In this document: positions 37,779 to 47,988 of the stretch, piece after piece
Layout of the letters: each line of letters begins with the position of its first letter
Position numbering within the stretch: position 1 is the first letter of the stretch
Assembly: GCA_044229975.1 (NCBI GenBank)
Contig: JBGARZ010000016.1
Location: 96,001-160,000, forward strand
Length of the DNA: 64,000 nucleotides
From: Polyangiales bacterium
GTDB lineage: Bacteria; Myxococcota_A; Polyangia; Polyangiales; Ga0077539
Direction of reading: 5' to 3'
Made by a program: the position numbers and the translations under genes
The notes under the pieces: model-generated
What the model was told of the DNA's origin: nothing
Database searches by the model: none
What the model saw: only the letters and a program-made list of their open reading frames with translations

Positions 37779-40003
37779 GAGCCGGGCCCCGCGCGGGGTG
37801 TCTGCTCGCCGTCGCCCTCGCGCTCGCGGGCTGCTTCGACCCGATCCCCGCCGACGACGACGCGGGCCTCGTCGCCCCCGACGATCGCCCTTCTCCCTCT
37901 GACATCTCCTCTCCGATGGACTCGGTCGTCGAGACCGACGTGGCCCGCCTCGACGCGCCCGACGTCGTCGCGCCGATGGACCTCGGCCCGCGCTGCACCA
38001 CCTCTGCCGACTGCCCCGACGGGAGGCTCTGCGGGCCCGATGGGCGCTGTGCGGTGTGTGTTCCGACCGACGACCGCTGTCCCGCGGCGCAGCACTGCGA
38101 CCCGACGAGCCTCGGGTGTGTCCCGGGCTGCCGCTCGGACGAGGGCTGCATGGGCGCCGCGCGCCCCGACGGCGGCACCGCTCCAGCGCGTTGCGACACC
38201 ACCCGTCACGTATGCCTCGACTGTGAGGTCGACGACGAGTGCCCGGTGCGCTCGGTGTGCCGGGCCGGGGTGTGCACGCCCGGCTGCAACGAGCGCCGCG
38301 GATGCGGCACCGGCGAGGTGTGCTGCGACGGAACCTGCGCCGACGTCCAGGCCAGCCTGAGCAACTGCGGCGCGTGCGGGCGGAGCTGCTCGGTGGGCAA
38401 CGGCGTCGCGCGCTGCGTGGCGGGCGAGTGCGGCCTCGGGGCGTGCAACGCGGGCTACGCCGACTGCAACGGGATGCTGGCAGACGGCTGCGAGGCCAAC
38501 CTCCAGACCGACCCGATGCGCTGCGGGAGCTGCGACGTGTCGTGTCCGACGCCGATGGGCGCGGGCTCGGTGGCGTGCGCGGGCGGCCGCTGCGGCTTCG
38601 TGTGCGCAGAGGGGACGGCCGACTGCGACGGCGACGCGCGCAACGGCTGCGAGCGGACGATCGCCCGCGACGCGAGCCACTGCGGCCGCTGCAACAACGC
38701 GTGCCCGGCGCGCACCAACGCGGCGATGCCCCGGTGCGACATGGGCGTGTGCGGGGTCAATTGCAACGCGGGCTTCGGTGACTGCGACGGCGACCCGGCC
38801 AACGGGTGCGAGGCCAACACGCGGACGTCGGTGGCGCAGTGCGGCGGGTGCGGGATGGCGTGCCCGGCCGTGGCCCACGCGACGCCGACCTGCGCGGCGA
38901 GCCGGTGCGGGTTCACCTGCGACGCGGGCTTCGGTGACTGCGACGGCGACCCGGCCAACGGGTGCGAGACCGACGTTCGGACGGCGGCGGCCCACTGCGG
39001 TCGCTGCGCGTCGGCGTGCATCGTGGCGAGCGGGACGGCGGCCTGCGTGGCGGGCGCGTGCACTGTCGGGCGCTGCGAGGCCAACGCGGCGGACTGTGAC
39101 GGCAGCGCGGTCAACGGGTGCGAGACCGACACGCGGACGACGGTGGCCCACTGCGGCGGGTGCGGGCGCGCGTGCCCGGCGGCGGCGCACAGCGTCGCGA
39201 GCTGCGCGGCGGGCGTGTGCGGGGTGCGCTGCGAAGCGGGCTGGGGCGACTGCGACGGCAGCGCCGCCAATGGGTGCGAGGTGGATCTCACGACGAGCCC
39301 GACCCACTGCGGCGCGTGCGGGGTGACGTCGGCGACGGAGGTCTGCGACGGGCGCGACAACGACTGCGACCGGATGGTGGACGAGGGCTGCCCGACGGCC
39401 ATCGGGGGGCTGGCGAGCTTCGAGTTCAGCTCGCCCGAGTACGGCACCGGGACGATGGGGCCGACCACGGCGACGTGCCCCGCCGGTCAGGTGGCGCGCG
39501 GGGTCTACGGCACCACCAGCGGCATCGTGGTCACGTCGCTCGGCCTCATCTGCGGCACGCCCGCGCTGGTGGAAGACCGCGCGCGCACCCCGTACCGCTA
39601 CAACGTCGCGCTCACCGGGAGCACCGATGCGGGCCTCGCGGGCAGCGCCACCTTCGGGACGCCGGTCGCATTCCGGTACCAGTGCGCGGGCGACGCGGTG
39701 GTCACGCGCGTCAGCGGGTTGTTGGGCCCGTACATCTACCAGCTCGGGGTGAGCTGCTCGACGCTCTCGGTGACGGGCAGCCCGGCGAGCCCGAGGGTCA
39801 CGGCCGCGGCGGCGGGCGCTTCCCCGCCCTTCGGCGGCGGCGGCAACGGGACCGCGTTCGACTACACGTGTCCCGCGAGCGCGGCGGGCTCGGCGTCGAT
39901 CCTTCGCTCGGTCTACGGTCGGTCGACGGCCATCTTCGGAACGCTCATCCTGCTGTCCTCCTTCGGCGCGCGGTGCAGCGTCCCGACCATCACGGTGCGA
40001 TGA
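37775..40003 (+). CDS. Cys-rich repeat lipoprotein with C-terminal three-fold beta-prism (jacalin/VMO1-like) domain
   Basis: GTG 37775 overlaps the upstream stop; lipobox LAGC; DCDGxxxNGCE...HCGxC repeats; EVCDGRDNDCD motif; three C-terminal CP..G.YG...LG..C repeats. Confidence 0.85.
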   Translation: MRAGPRAGCLLAVALALAGCFDPIPADDDAGLVAPDDRPSPSDISSPMDSVVETDVARLDAPDVVAPMDLGPRCTTSADCPDGRLCGPDGRCAVCVPTDDRCPAAQHCDPTSLGCVPGCRSDEGCMGAARPDGGTAPARCDTTRHVCLDCEVDDECPVRSVCRAGVCTPGCNERRGCGTGEVCCDGTCADVQASLSNCGACGRSCSVGNGVARCVAGECGLGACNAGYADCNGMLADGCEANLQTDPMRCGSCDVSCPTPMGAGSVACAGGRCGFVCAEGTADCDGDARNGCERTIARDASHCGRCNNACPARTNAAMPRCDMGVCGVNCNAGFGDCDGDPANGCEANTRTSVAQCGGCGMACPAVAHATPTCAASRCGFTCDAGFGDCDGDPANGCETDVRTAAAHCGRCASACIVASGTAACVAGACTVGRCEANAADCDGSAVNGCETDTRTTVAHCGGCGRACPAAAHSVASCAAGVCGVRCEAGWGDCDGSAANGCEVDLTTSPTHCGACGVTSATEVCDGRDNDCDRMVDEGCPTAIGGLASFEFSSPEYGTGTMGPTTATCPAGQVARGVYGTTSGIVVTSLGLICGTPALVEDRARTPYRYNVALTGSTDAGLAGSATFGTPVAFRYQCAGDAVVTRVSGLLGPYIYQLGVSCSTLSVTGSPASPRVTAAAAGASPPFGGGGNGTAFDYTCPASAAGSASILRSVYGRSTAIFGTLILLSSFGARCSVPTITVR

Positions 40004-40359
40004 CCTTCCCCATGCGTACGCCCATCGCCATCGTCGCTGCGCTGCTCCTCGGGTGTGCCTCGCAGCCGCCGCTACCGCCGCTTGCGCCCGCGGGTCCGCC
40101 CGTGTCCGCCGAGGCGCCCGTGGTCGTCTACGGAACGACCTCGTGCCGCTACACGCGCATGGCGCTCGACTGGTTCGCGGCACATCGGGTGCCCACGCGC
40201 TTCCGCAACGTGGAGACCGACCTCGCGACCTACGACGAGATGATCAACCGCATGACGGCGGCGCGCGTCGGAGGCCAAGGCGTCCCGGTGCTCGACGTGC
40301 GCGGTCGGGTGCTGGTGGGCTTCAGCGCCGACGAGGTCGAGCGGGCGCTGCGCGACTGA
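40000..40359 (+). CDS. Glutaredoxin/NrdH-like lipoprotein
   Basis: Lipobox LLGC, VVVYGTTSCRYT, GVPVLDVRGRVLVGFS. ATGA overlap. Confidence 0.8.
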   Translation: MTFPMRTPIAIVAALLLGCASQPPLPPLAPAGPPVSAEAPVVVYGTTSCRYTRMALDWFAAHRVPTRFRNVETDLATYDEMINRMTAARVGGQGVPVLDVRGRVLVGFSADEVERALRD

Positions 40360-40377
40360 CGCTATAACCGTCGCGAC

Positions 40378-41589
40378 ATGGCCGCCCTCGCGAACCCCGG
40401 AACGCCCCGCCTCTACTTCGACGACGTGACCCTCCTCGACTTCGAGGCCACGGTCACGGCGCACACCCGCTTCGGCGATCGCCCGGCCGTGGTGCTCGAC
40501 CGCACGGCGTTCTACCCGGACTCGGGCGGTCAGCCGGGGGACGCGGGGACGCTGGGCGGCCTCACCATCGTCGACACGCAGTGCGACGAGAGCGGCGTGG
40601 TGTCCCACGTCGTCGACGGGGCGGTAGAGCTCCCGGCGATCGACTCGGTGGTGCGCGGCTCTGTTGATCGGGCGCGTCGGCGGTTGCACGCGGCGCTGCA
40701 CACGGGGCAGCACATGCTCTCGCGGGCGATGGTCGACGAGGCGCGGGCGGAGACGATGTCGTCGCGGCTCGGCGGGGGAGGGTGCACGCTCGACCTCGAC
40801 GTGGTGTCGCTCGACGAGGCGACGCTGGCGCGGGCCGAGGCGCGAGTCGCGCAGGCCATCGAGTCGGACATCGCCGTGCGGCAGTGGTTTCCGCCCGCGG
40901 AGGTGCTGGCGACGATGCCGCTGCGGCGCGCCTCGAAGGTCGCCGACAACGTGCGGGTCATCGACATCGACGGCTTCGACATCACGCCCTGCGGCGGGAC
41001 CCACTGCACGCGCACGTCGCTGGTGGGCGCGCTGCACATCACCGGGGTCGAGCGGTACAAGGGGAAGAGCCGGGTGACGTTCCTGGCGGGACGCAGCGCG
41101 CTCGACGAGCTGCGCGGGCGGTCGCGGGCGCTGGCCGAGCTCGGGCGCCTGTTCACGTGCTCACCGCATGATGCGCGGGCGGCCATCGATCGGCTGCGGG
41201 CCGACCTGCAATCGGCGCGTGATGCGTTGGGAGACGTGCGCGCGCGCTGGGCCGAGGGCGTGGCGGAGAAGCTGCTGCGGGATGCGGCGGCCAACGGGTC
41301 GTCGCGGGTGGTGTGCCTGCTGGAGGGCGAGTCCATCGAGACGGTGCGCGCGCTGGCGGCGCGGCTGGCGGCGCGGCCCGCGGCGGTGGCCTTCGTGGCG
41401 TCGCGGGTGGACGACGGGCTGCTGGTGCTCATCGCGCGCGGCGCGGAGTCGGGCTTCGACTGCGGCGCGTGGTTGAAGCGCGCAGCGACGGCGCACGGCG
41501 GGCGTGGTGGGGGACGGCCCGAGCGAGCGGAGGGACGATTGCCGGGGACGGTGGACTGGGCGGGGCTGGTGGCCGAGACGGCGGAGTGA
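40378..41589 (+). CDS. AlaX-L type alanyl-tRNA editing protein with DHHA1 domain
   Basis: LDRTAFYPDSGGQPGDAG, HTGQH (HxxxH), CGGTH, C-terminal GGRGGGR. Confidence 0.9.
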   Translation: MAALANPGTPRLYFDDVTLLDFEATVTAHTRFGDRPAVVLDRTAFYPDSGGQPGDAGTLGGLTIVDTQCDESGVVSHVVDGAVELPAIDSVVRGSVDRARRRLHAALHTGQHMLSRAMVDEARAETMSSRLGGGGCTLDLDVVSLDEATLARAEARVAQAIESDIAVRQWFPPAEVLATMPLRRASKVADNVRVIDIDGFDITPCGGTHCTRTSLVGALHITGVERYKGKSRVTFLAGRSALDELRGRSRALAELGRLFTCSPHDARAAIDRLRADLQSARDALGDVRARWAEGVAEKLLRDAAANGSSRVVCLLEGESIETVRALAARLAARPAAVAFVASRVDDGLLVLIARGAESGFDCGAWLKRAATAHGGRGGGRPERAEGRLPGTVDWAGLVAETAE

Positions 41590-41596
41590 GGTTGGC

Positions 41597-42337
41597 TCAC
41601 TCCTCCTGCGGCGCGGTGGGCTCGTCCTCGGTCGCGACGACGGCCGCGACGAAGCCGTAGTTCACCGTCGCGTTGGGCGCGCGAAAGGCCCCCATGTGGA
41701 CGTTGCAGAGCGCGGTGCCGAGGCAGATGCCCTGCGCGCGCGTGACGTCCGCGCTCAGGTTGACCTCGATGGGCAGTCCGTTGCCCGAAAACAGCATCCG
41801 CACCGGGACGCGTCCCTCGCGGTTCATCGGCGGTCGGCACGCGAGGACCGCTCGCTCCACGGGGAGAAACGCCCGCACGATCATGGCGTTGGTGGGGTCG
41901 TACGGCGACTGGGTGCTGGGTCGCACGGGCGAGCCTTCGCCTTCGCAGACGAGACGCGGCGCGGCGCGCGTGCCCGTCCAGCGGGGCGTGAGCGGGTGGC
42001 TCGCGGCGTTGGGCGGCGCGACCACGGGCGACCCGATGGAGGGCGCGTTGGCGCGCGGCTCGAAGCTCCCCGCGCCGACCCGCCGCACCGTCGGCGGCAG
42101 CGTCAAGCCACTGGGGTCGGGGGCGATGGTCACCGTCGCGGTCTCTGTGGTGGAAGAGGTCGCGGTGCTCGCGGTGGTGGTCGTCGTGGTGGTGACACCC
42201 GCGGCCGCGGCGGGCGGTCGTCGACGGCGACGTCGCGTGCGCTGCGCGGTCTGGGGCGCGGGCTCAGGGGTGCTGGCGCAGGCGTCGACGCCGAGCGCGG
42301 CGACGAGCAGGAGGATCGAACGAGCGGTCAGTGACAT
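41597..42337 (-). CDS. Hypothetical lipoprotein (low-complexity linker, small Cys-containing C-terminal domain)
   Basis: 246-aa ORF; signal peptide ending VDAC; Arg and Thr runs; ACRPP...CLGTALC. Confidence 0.7.
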   Translation of the reverse strand: MSLTARSILLLVAALGVDACASTPEPAPQTAQRTRRRRRRPPAAAAGVTTTTTTTASTATSSTTETATVTIAPDPSGLTLPPTVRRVGAGSFEPRANAPSIGSPVVAPPNAASHPLTPRWTGTRAAPRLVCEGEGSPVRPSTQSPYDPTNAMIVRAFLPVERAVLACRPPMNREGRVPVRMLFSGNGLPIEVNLSADVTRAQGICLGTALCNVHMGAFRAPNATVNYGFVAAVVATEDEPTAPQEE

Positions 42338-42497
42338 CGGGAGAGTCCTCTCGTCGAGGGTGACAAACGCCGTCGAGGGTGACCAGTGGACGTTGCTCCG
42401 CAGCGCTCGACGACAGGTGAGGCGCTCGACGGTGTGTTGCTCGCGGCGGGAGGGCGGTTCGAAGGCGGCGGGACCTCCCGCGAGGGGGAGCGTTCTA

Positions 42498-42527
42498 TTG
42501 ACACTGAGGGGGCGTCCTGACTAGCGT
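42498..42527 (+). promoter_or_regulatory. Putative sigma70 promoter of the nuo operon
   Basis: TTGACA-N18-TAGCGT, about 115 bp upstream of nuoE. Confidence 0.55.
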
Positions 42528-42642
42528 CCGCGCGTTTCGCGGTCCGGAGGTTCGCTCTGGGGCCGCGTTTTGTGGTGAAACCGGCGACGGCCCGCGGTAC
42601 CAGGCCGCGGTTTCTCCCGGTGAAGGAAAGCGATTCCCGACC

Positions 42643-43182
42643 ATGGCGTTCGAGCTCACTGCGGAGCGGCAGGCGATCTTCCAAGAGCTGCTTCCGAAGT
42701 ACCCGACGAAGAAGGCCCTCACCATCCCGCTGCTGCACATCTGCCAGGAGCAGCTCGGGTACGTCTCCGACGAGGTGATCGAGTACGTGGCGAAGCAGCT
42801 CGCGCTGAGCACCGCCGACGTGAAGGGCGTGGTGACGTTCTACACGCTGTTTCAGCAGAAGCCGGTGGGGCGCAACGTCGTCTGGGTGTGCCGCACGCTG
42901 AGCTGCGAGCTCATGGGCGCGCGCGAGATCACCGAGGCGCTGGAGCACAAGCTCGGCTGCCACCTCGGCGAGACCAGCAAGGACGGCGAGTTCACGCTGC
43001 TCGGGGCCGAGTGCCTCGCCGCCTGCGGCGGCGGCCCGATGCTCCAGCTCAACGACGAGTTCCACGAAAACCTCACCCCCGAGAAGCTGGACGCGATCAT
43101 CGACGCGGCCCGCAAGAAGAAGGACGCCCGCTGCGGCGCCACCTTCTCCCCCATTGGCATTCGCACCCGCAAGGAGCTGTGA
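42643..43182 (+). CDS. nuoE: NADH-quinone oxidoreductase subunit E
   Basis: VVTFYTLF, CRTLSC...CLAAC (2Fe-2S ligands). Confidence 0.93.
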   Translation: MAFELTAERQAIFQELLPKYPTKKALTIPLLHICQEQLGYVSDEVIEYVAKQLALSTADVKGVVTFYTLFQQKPVGRNVVWVCRTLSCELMGAREITEALEHKLGCHLGETSKDGEFTLLGAECLAACGGGPMLQLNDEFHENLTPEKLDAIIDAARKKKDARCGATFSPIGIRTRKEL

Positions 43183-43187
43183 CCTTC

Positions 43188-44536
<1,349 letters not shown>

Positions 44537-44537
<1 letters not shown>

Positions 44538-45097
44538 TGCTCCCCGCCTCGACGCAGAGCCTCGTGGCGTTCGGGTTCTTCGCGGCCATGGCCGTGCTGA
44601 GCGCGATCGCGACGGTGAGCTTCCGCAACCCCATCCGCAACGCCGTCGGGCTCTTCGCCCACGTGCTCTCCCTCGCCGGGCTCTACATCACGCTGTCGGC
44701 GCACTTCCTCACGGCGGTGCAGCTCATCGTGTACGTGGGCGCCGTCGTGGTGCTCTTCGTCTTCGTCATCATGCTCCTCGGGCCCGGCTCCGAGACGCGC
44801 TCCGACGCCGCGGGCCGCTTCCCGCGCGCCGTCGGCGCAGGCGCCATGGTGGCCGTGGGCCTCTTCCTCGCGAGCATCGTGAAGGACCTGCGCATCGAGC
44901 GCGCGGCCAACCCGCCGGGCTTCGGCACCATCGAGTCCGTCGGGCGCGAGCTCTTCGGCCCGGCGATGATCCCCTTCGAAATGGCCTCGGTGCTCCTCAC
45001 CGTCGCCATCGTCGGGGCCTTCGCCATCGCGCGCGGTCACAACGGCAAGGTGAACCTCACCGAAGGTTCGACCGCGGCGGAAGGGGGCGAGGGATGA
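44537..45097 (+). CDS. nuoJ: NADH-quinone oxidoreductase subunit J
   Basis: RNPIRNA, QLIVYVGAVVVLFVFVIMLL, PFEMASVLL. Confidence 0.93.
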
Positions 45098-45438
45098 TCC
45101 TCCACCTCGGTCACTACCTCGCGCTGTCGTGCGTGCTCTTCAGCATCGGCGCGGCGGGCTTCCTCTTCCGGCGCAACGTGCTCGTCTCGCTCATGAGCAT
45201 CGAGCTCATGATGAACGCCGTGAACCTCACCTTCATCGCCTCCAACCGCTGGCAGGCGGCGGTGGCCCCCGCCGACGGGGCGACCGGGGCCGTGATCCCC
45301 CACCACGGTCACCTCTTCACGTTCTTCGTCATCGCCGTCGCCGCCGCCGAGGCCGCGGTCGGGCTCGCCATCGTCCTGGCGTTCTACCGACTCCGCAAGA
45401 CCGTGCGCACCGACGCGGCCGACTCGCTCCGGGGATAA
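45094..45438 (+). CDS. nuoK: NADH-quinone oxidoreductase subunit K
   Basis: RRNVLVSLMSIELMMNAVN, AAAEAAVGLAI. ATG 45094. Confidence 0.95.
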   Translation: MILHLGHYLALSCVLFSIGAAGFLFRRNVLVSLMSIELMMNAVNLTFIASNRWQAAVAPADGATGAVIPHHGHLFTFFVIAVAAAEAAVGLAIVLAFYRLRKTVRTDAADSLRG

Positions 45439-45451
45439 GAGCTCTACCGCC

Positions 45452-47983
45452 ATGAACAAAATCGACTTCGGTCAGCTGCTCTCGGCCGCGCCGGACCACT
45501 ACTCCCCCCTCGGCTGGATCGTCCTGCTCCCGCTCCTCGGCGCCATCATCAACGGTGTCTGGGGCAAGCGCATCGGTCGGCAGGGCGTGTACATCGCGGG
45601 CATCTCCGCGGTGGGCATGTCCTTCGCGCTCGCGCTGCTGTCGTTCATCGCGCTGCTCAAGGCCGGTCACGCGGCGAGCGTCGCGGCGGCTGCTGACGTC
45701 GTCGCGGGCGCCCACGCGCACACCGGACATCACCTCGTCAGCCTGAGCTTCCGCGCGTGGGATTGGTTCCTCGCTCCGCTCGGTCCGACCGGCGTCGAGA
45801 TGATCCCGGTGCGCTACGTGGTCGACCCGCTCTCCGGCGTGATGCTGCTCGTGGTGACGGGCGTCGGAACGCTCATCCACGTGTACTCGGCCGGGTACAT
45901 GAGCCACGACCCGGGCTACGCGCGCTTCTTCGCGTACCTCAACCTCTTCATCTTCGCGATGCTCAACCTCATCCTGGGCGACAGCCTGGTGACGATGTTC
46001 CTGGGCTGGGAGGGTGTGGGTCTCGCGTCGTACCTGCTCATCGGCTTCTGGTACACGAACAACGACTACGCGACGGCGGGCCGCAAGGCCTTCATCGTCA
46101 ACCGCATCGGCGACGCGGGCCTCATCCTCGGGATGACCATCCTCGCGTGGAAGGGCGGCAGCTATCAGTTCGAGACCCTGCGCGCGCACATGAACGAAGA
46201 CACCTTCGTCAACGCGCTGCACGAGCACACCGGCCTCGGTCGCTTCCTCGTCGACGCCATCCCGGGCCTCGCCTCGTCGGCGCGGCTGAGCGCTCTCTTC
46301 GGCTCCATCGACTTCACCTGGGGCGGCGCCGCCTGCATGCTCCTGTTCATCGGCTGCTGCGGCAAGAGCGCGCAGTTTCCGCTGTACGTGTGGCTCCCCG
46401 ACGCGATGGCGGGCCCCACGCCCGTCTCGGCGCTCATCCACGCAGCGACCATGGTCACCGCGGGCATCTACCTGCTGTGCCGGTTGTCGTTCCTCTACAC
46501 GCACTACTCCACGGTGCTGAACATCGTCGCGCTCGTGGGCGCCTTCACCGCGCTCTTCGCGGCGAGCATCGCGGTGGTGCAGACCGACCTGAAGAAGGTG
46601 CTCGCGTACTCCACGGTGTCGCAGCTCGGCTTCATGTTCATGGGCTGCGGCGTCGGGGCCTTCAGCGCCGGCTTCTTCCACGTGTTCACCCACGCGTTCT
46701 TCAAGGCCTGCCTCTTCCTCGGCGCCGGCGCCGTGATGCACGCCTGCGGCGACCGCCAGGACATGCGCCTCCTCGGCGGCCTGCGGAAGTACCTCCCCAA
46801 CATCAGCCTGACGATGTTCGTCGCGACGCTCGCGATCATCGGCACGCCGCTCACCTCGGGGTTCTTCTCGAAGGACGAGATCCTCTTCCGCGCGCTCACC
46901 GCTCCGTCCGCGACGGTCGGCAAGATCGTGTACGGCACCGGCCTCCTCGCCGCGACGCTGACGGCCTTCTACATGTGCCGCATGTTCATCCTCACCTTCG
47001 AGGGTGCCGGCGCGCCGAAGTACCACGACCCGGACAAGGTCGCGGACGAGCACGGCCACGACGACCACGGACACGGACACGGCGACCCCAACGCGCTTCC
47101 GTCCGAGCTCGGCATCGACATGAAGCTCATGATCGGCCCGCTCTTCGTCCTGGCGGCGCTCTCGCTGCTGGTGAGCACGCTGGCCACCTGGCCGGGGCAC
47201 GAGGGCTACCTCCCGGCCTTCCTCGAACCCGTCGTCGCCGACGTGATGCACTTCCAGACTGCCGAGTTCCGGCACCACGCCCACTCCATGGAGTGGCCGT
47301 CGATGGTGGGCGGAGTGCTCGCTTGGATCATCGGCACCGGCCTCGCCTACTGGGTCTACGTGCTCCAGAAGGGCAAGCCCGCCGACGACGCCGCGAAGGC
47401 CGCCCCCGGCCTCTACCGGCTGGTCTACGACAAGTGGCGCATCGACGAGCTCTACGACGTCACGGTGCTGCGCCTCACCCGCGGCGCCGCCATCTTCGCG
47501 GCGGGCTTCGACCGCTACTTCGTCGACGGCATCGTCAACCTCACGGGCAACCTCGCCGTCGGCCTCGGTCGCCTGGTGAAGCCCATCCAGACCGGCGCCA
47601 TCCAGGTGTACGGCGCCTTCGTCGGCGTCGGAACGCTCGCCCTCGTCGTCTGGGCGACCATGATGCCGTCGGTGTCCATCGCCTACCGCGCCGGTGCGCC
47701 CGCCACGCTCGAAGCGAGCGGCGGTCCCGGGTACACCTACCGCTGGGGCTTCTACGAGCCCGACGCGCGGCCCGAGGCCAACCTCCTCGACCAGCGCTGC
47801 CCCGTCGCCCGCGCCACCGACGCGCTCTCCCGCGCCGAGGCACCCACCGCGCTGACCCAGCGCACCGAGCCCGTCACGGCGGCCCGCTGCGTGGTGGTCG
47901 AGGCCACCAACGCCTTCGGTCGACGCGCGGTCGCCCGCTCCCTCGTGCTCCCTCAGGGCGCTGACAACCAGGCAGGTCGCTGA
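45452..47983 (+). CDS. nuoL: NADH-quinone oxidoreductase subunit L with C-terminal extension
   Basis: GWEGVGLASYLLIGFW, GKSAQFPLYVWLPDAMAGPTPVSALIHAATMV, LAYSTVSQLG. 843 aa. Confidence 0.96.
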   Translation: MNKIDFGQLLSAAPDHYSPLGWIVLLPLLGAIINGVWGKRIGRQGVYIAGISAVGMSFALALLSFIALLKAGHAASVAAAADVVAGAHAHTGHHLVSLSFRAWDWFLAPLGPTGVEMIPVRYVVDPLSGVMLLVVTGVGTLIHVYSAGYMSHDPGYARFFAYLNLFIFAMLNLILGDSLVTMFLGWEGVGLASYLLIGFWYTNNDYATAGRKAFIVNRIGDAGLILGMTILAWKGGSYQFETLRAHMNEDTFVNALHEHTGLGRFLVDAIPGLASSARLSALFGSIDFTWGGAACMLLFIGCCGKSAQFPLYVWLPDAMAGPTPVSALIHAATMVTAGIYLLCRLSFLYTHYSTVLNIVALVGAFTALFAASIAVVQTDLKKVLAYSTVSQLGFMFMGCGVGAFSAGFFHVFTHAFFKACLFLGAGAVMHACGDRQDMRLLGGLRKYLPNISLTMFVATLAIIGTPLTSGFFSKDEILFRALTAPSATVGKIVYGTGLLAATLTAFYMCRMFILTFEGAGAPKYHDPDKVADEHGHDDHGHGHGDPNALPSELGIDMKLMIGPLFVLAALSLLVSTLATWPGHEGYLPAFLEPVVADVMHFQTAEFRHHAHSMEWPSMVGGVLAWIIGTGLAYWVYVLQKGKPADDAAKAAPGLYRLVYDKWRIDELYDVTVLRLTRGAAIFAAGFDRYFVDGIVNLTGNLAVGLGRLVKPIQTGAIQVYGAFVGVGTLALVVWATMMPSVSIAYRAGAPATLEASGGPGYTYRWGFYEPDARPEANLLDQRCPVARATDALSRAEAPTALTQRTEPVTAARCVVVEATNAFGRRAVARSLVLPQGADNQAGR

Positions 47984-47988
47984 ACGCC

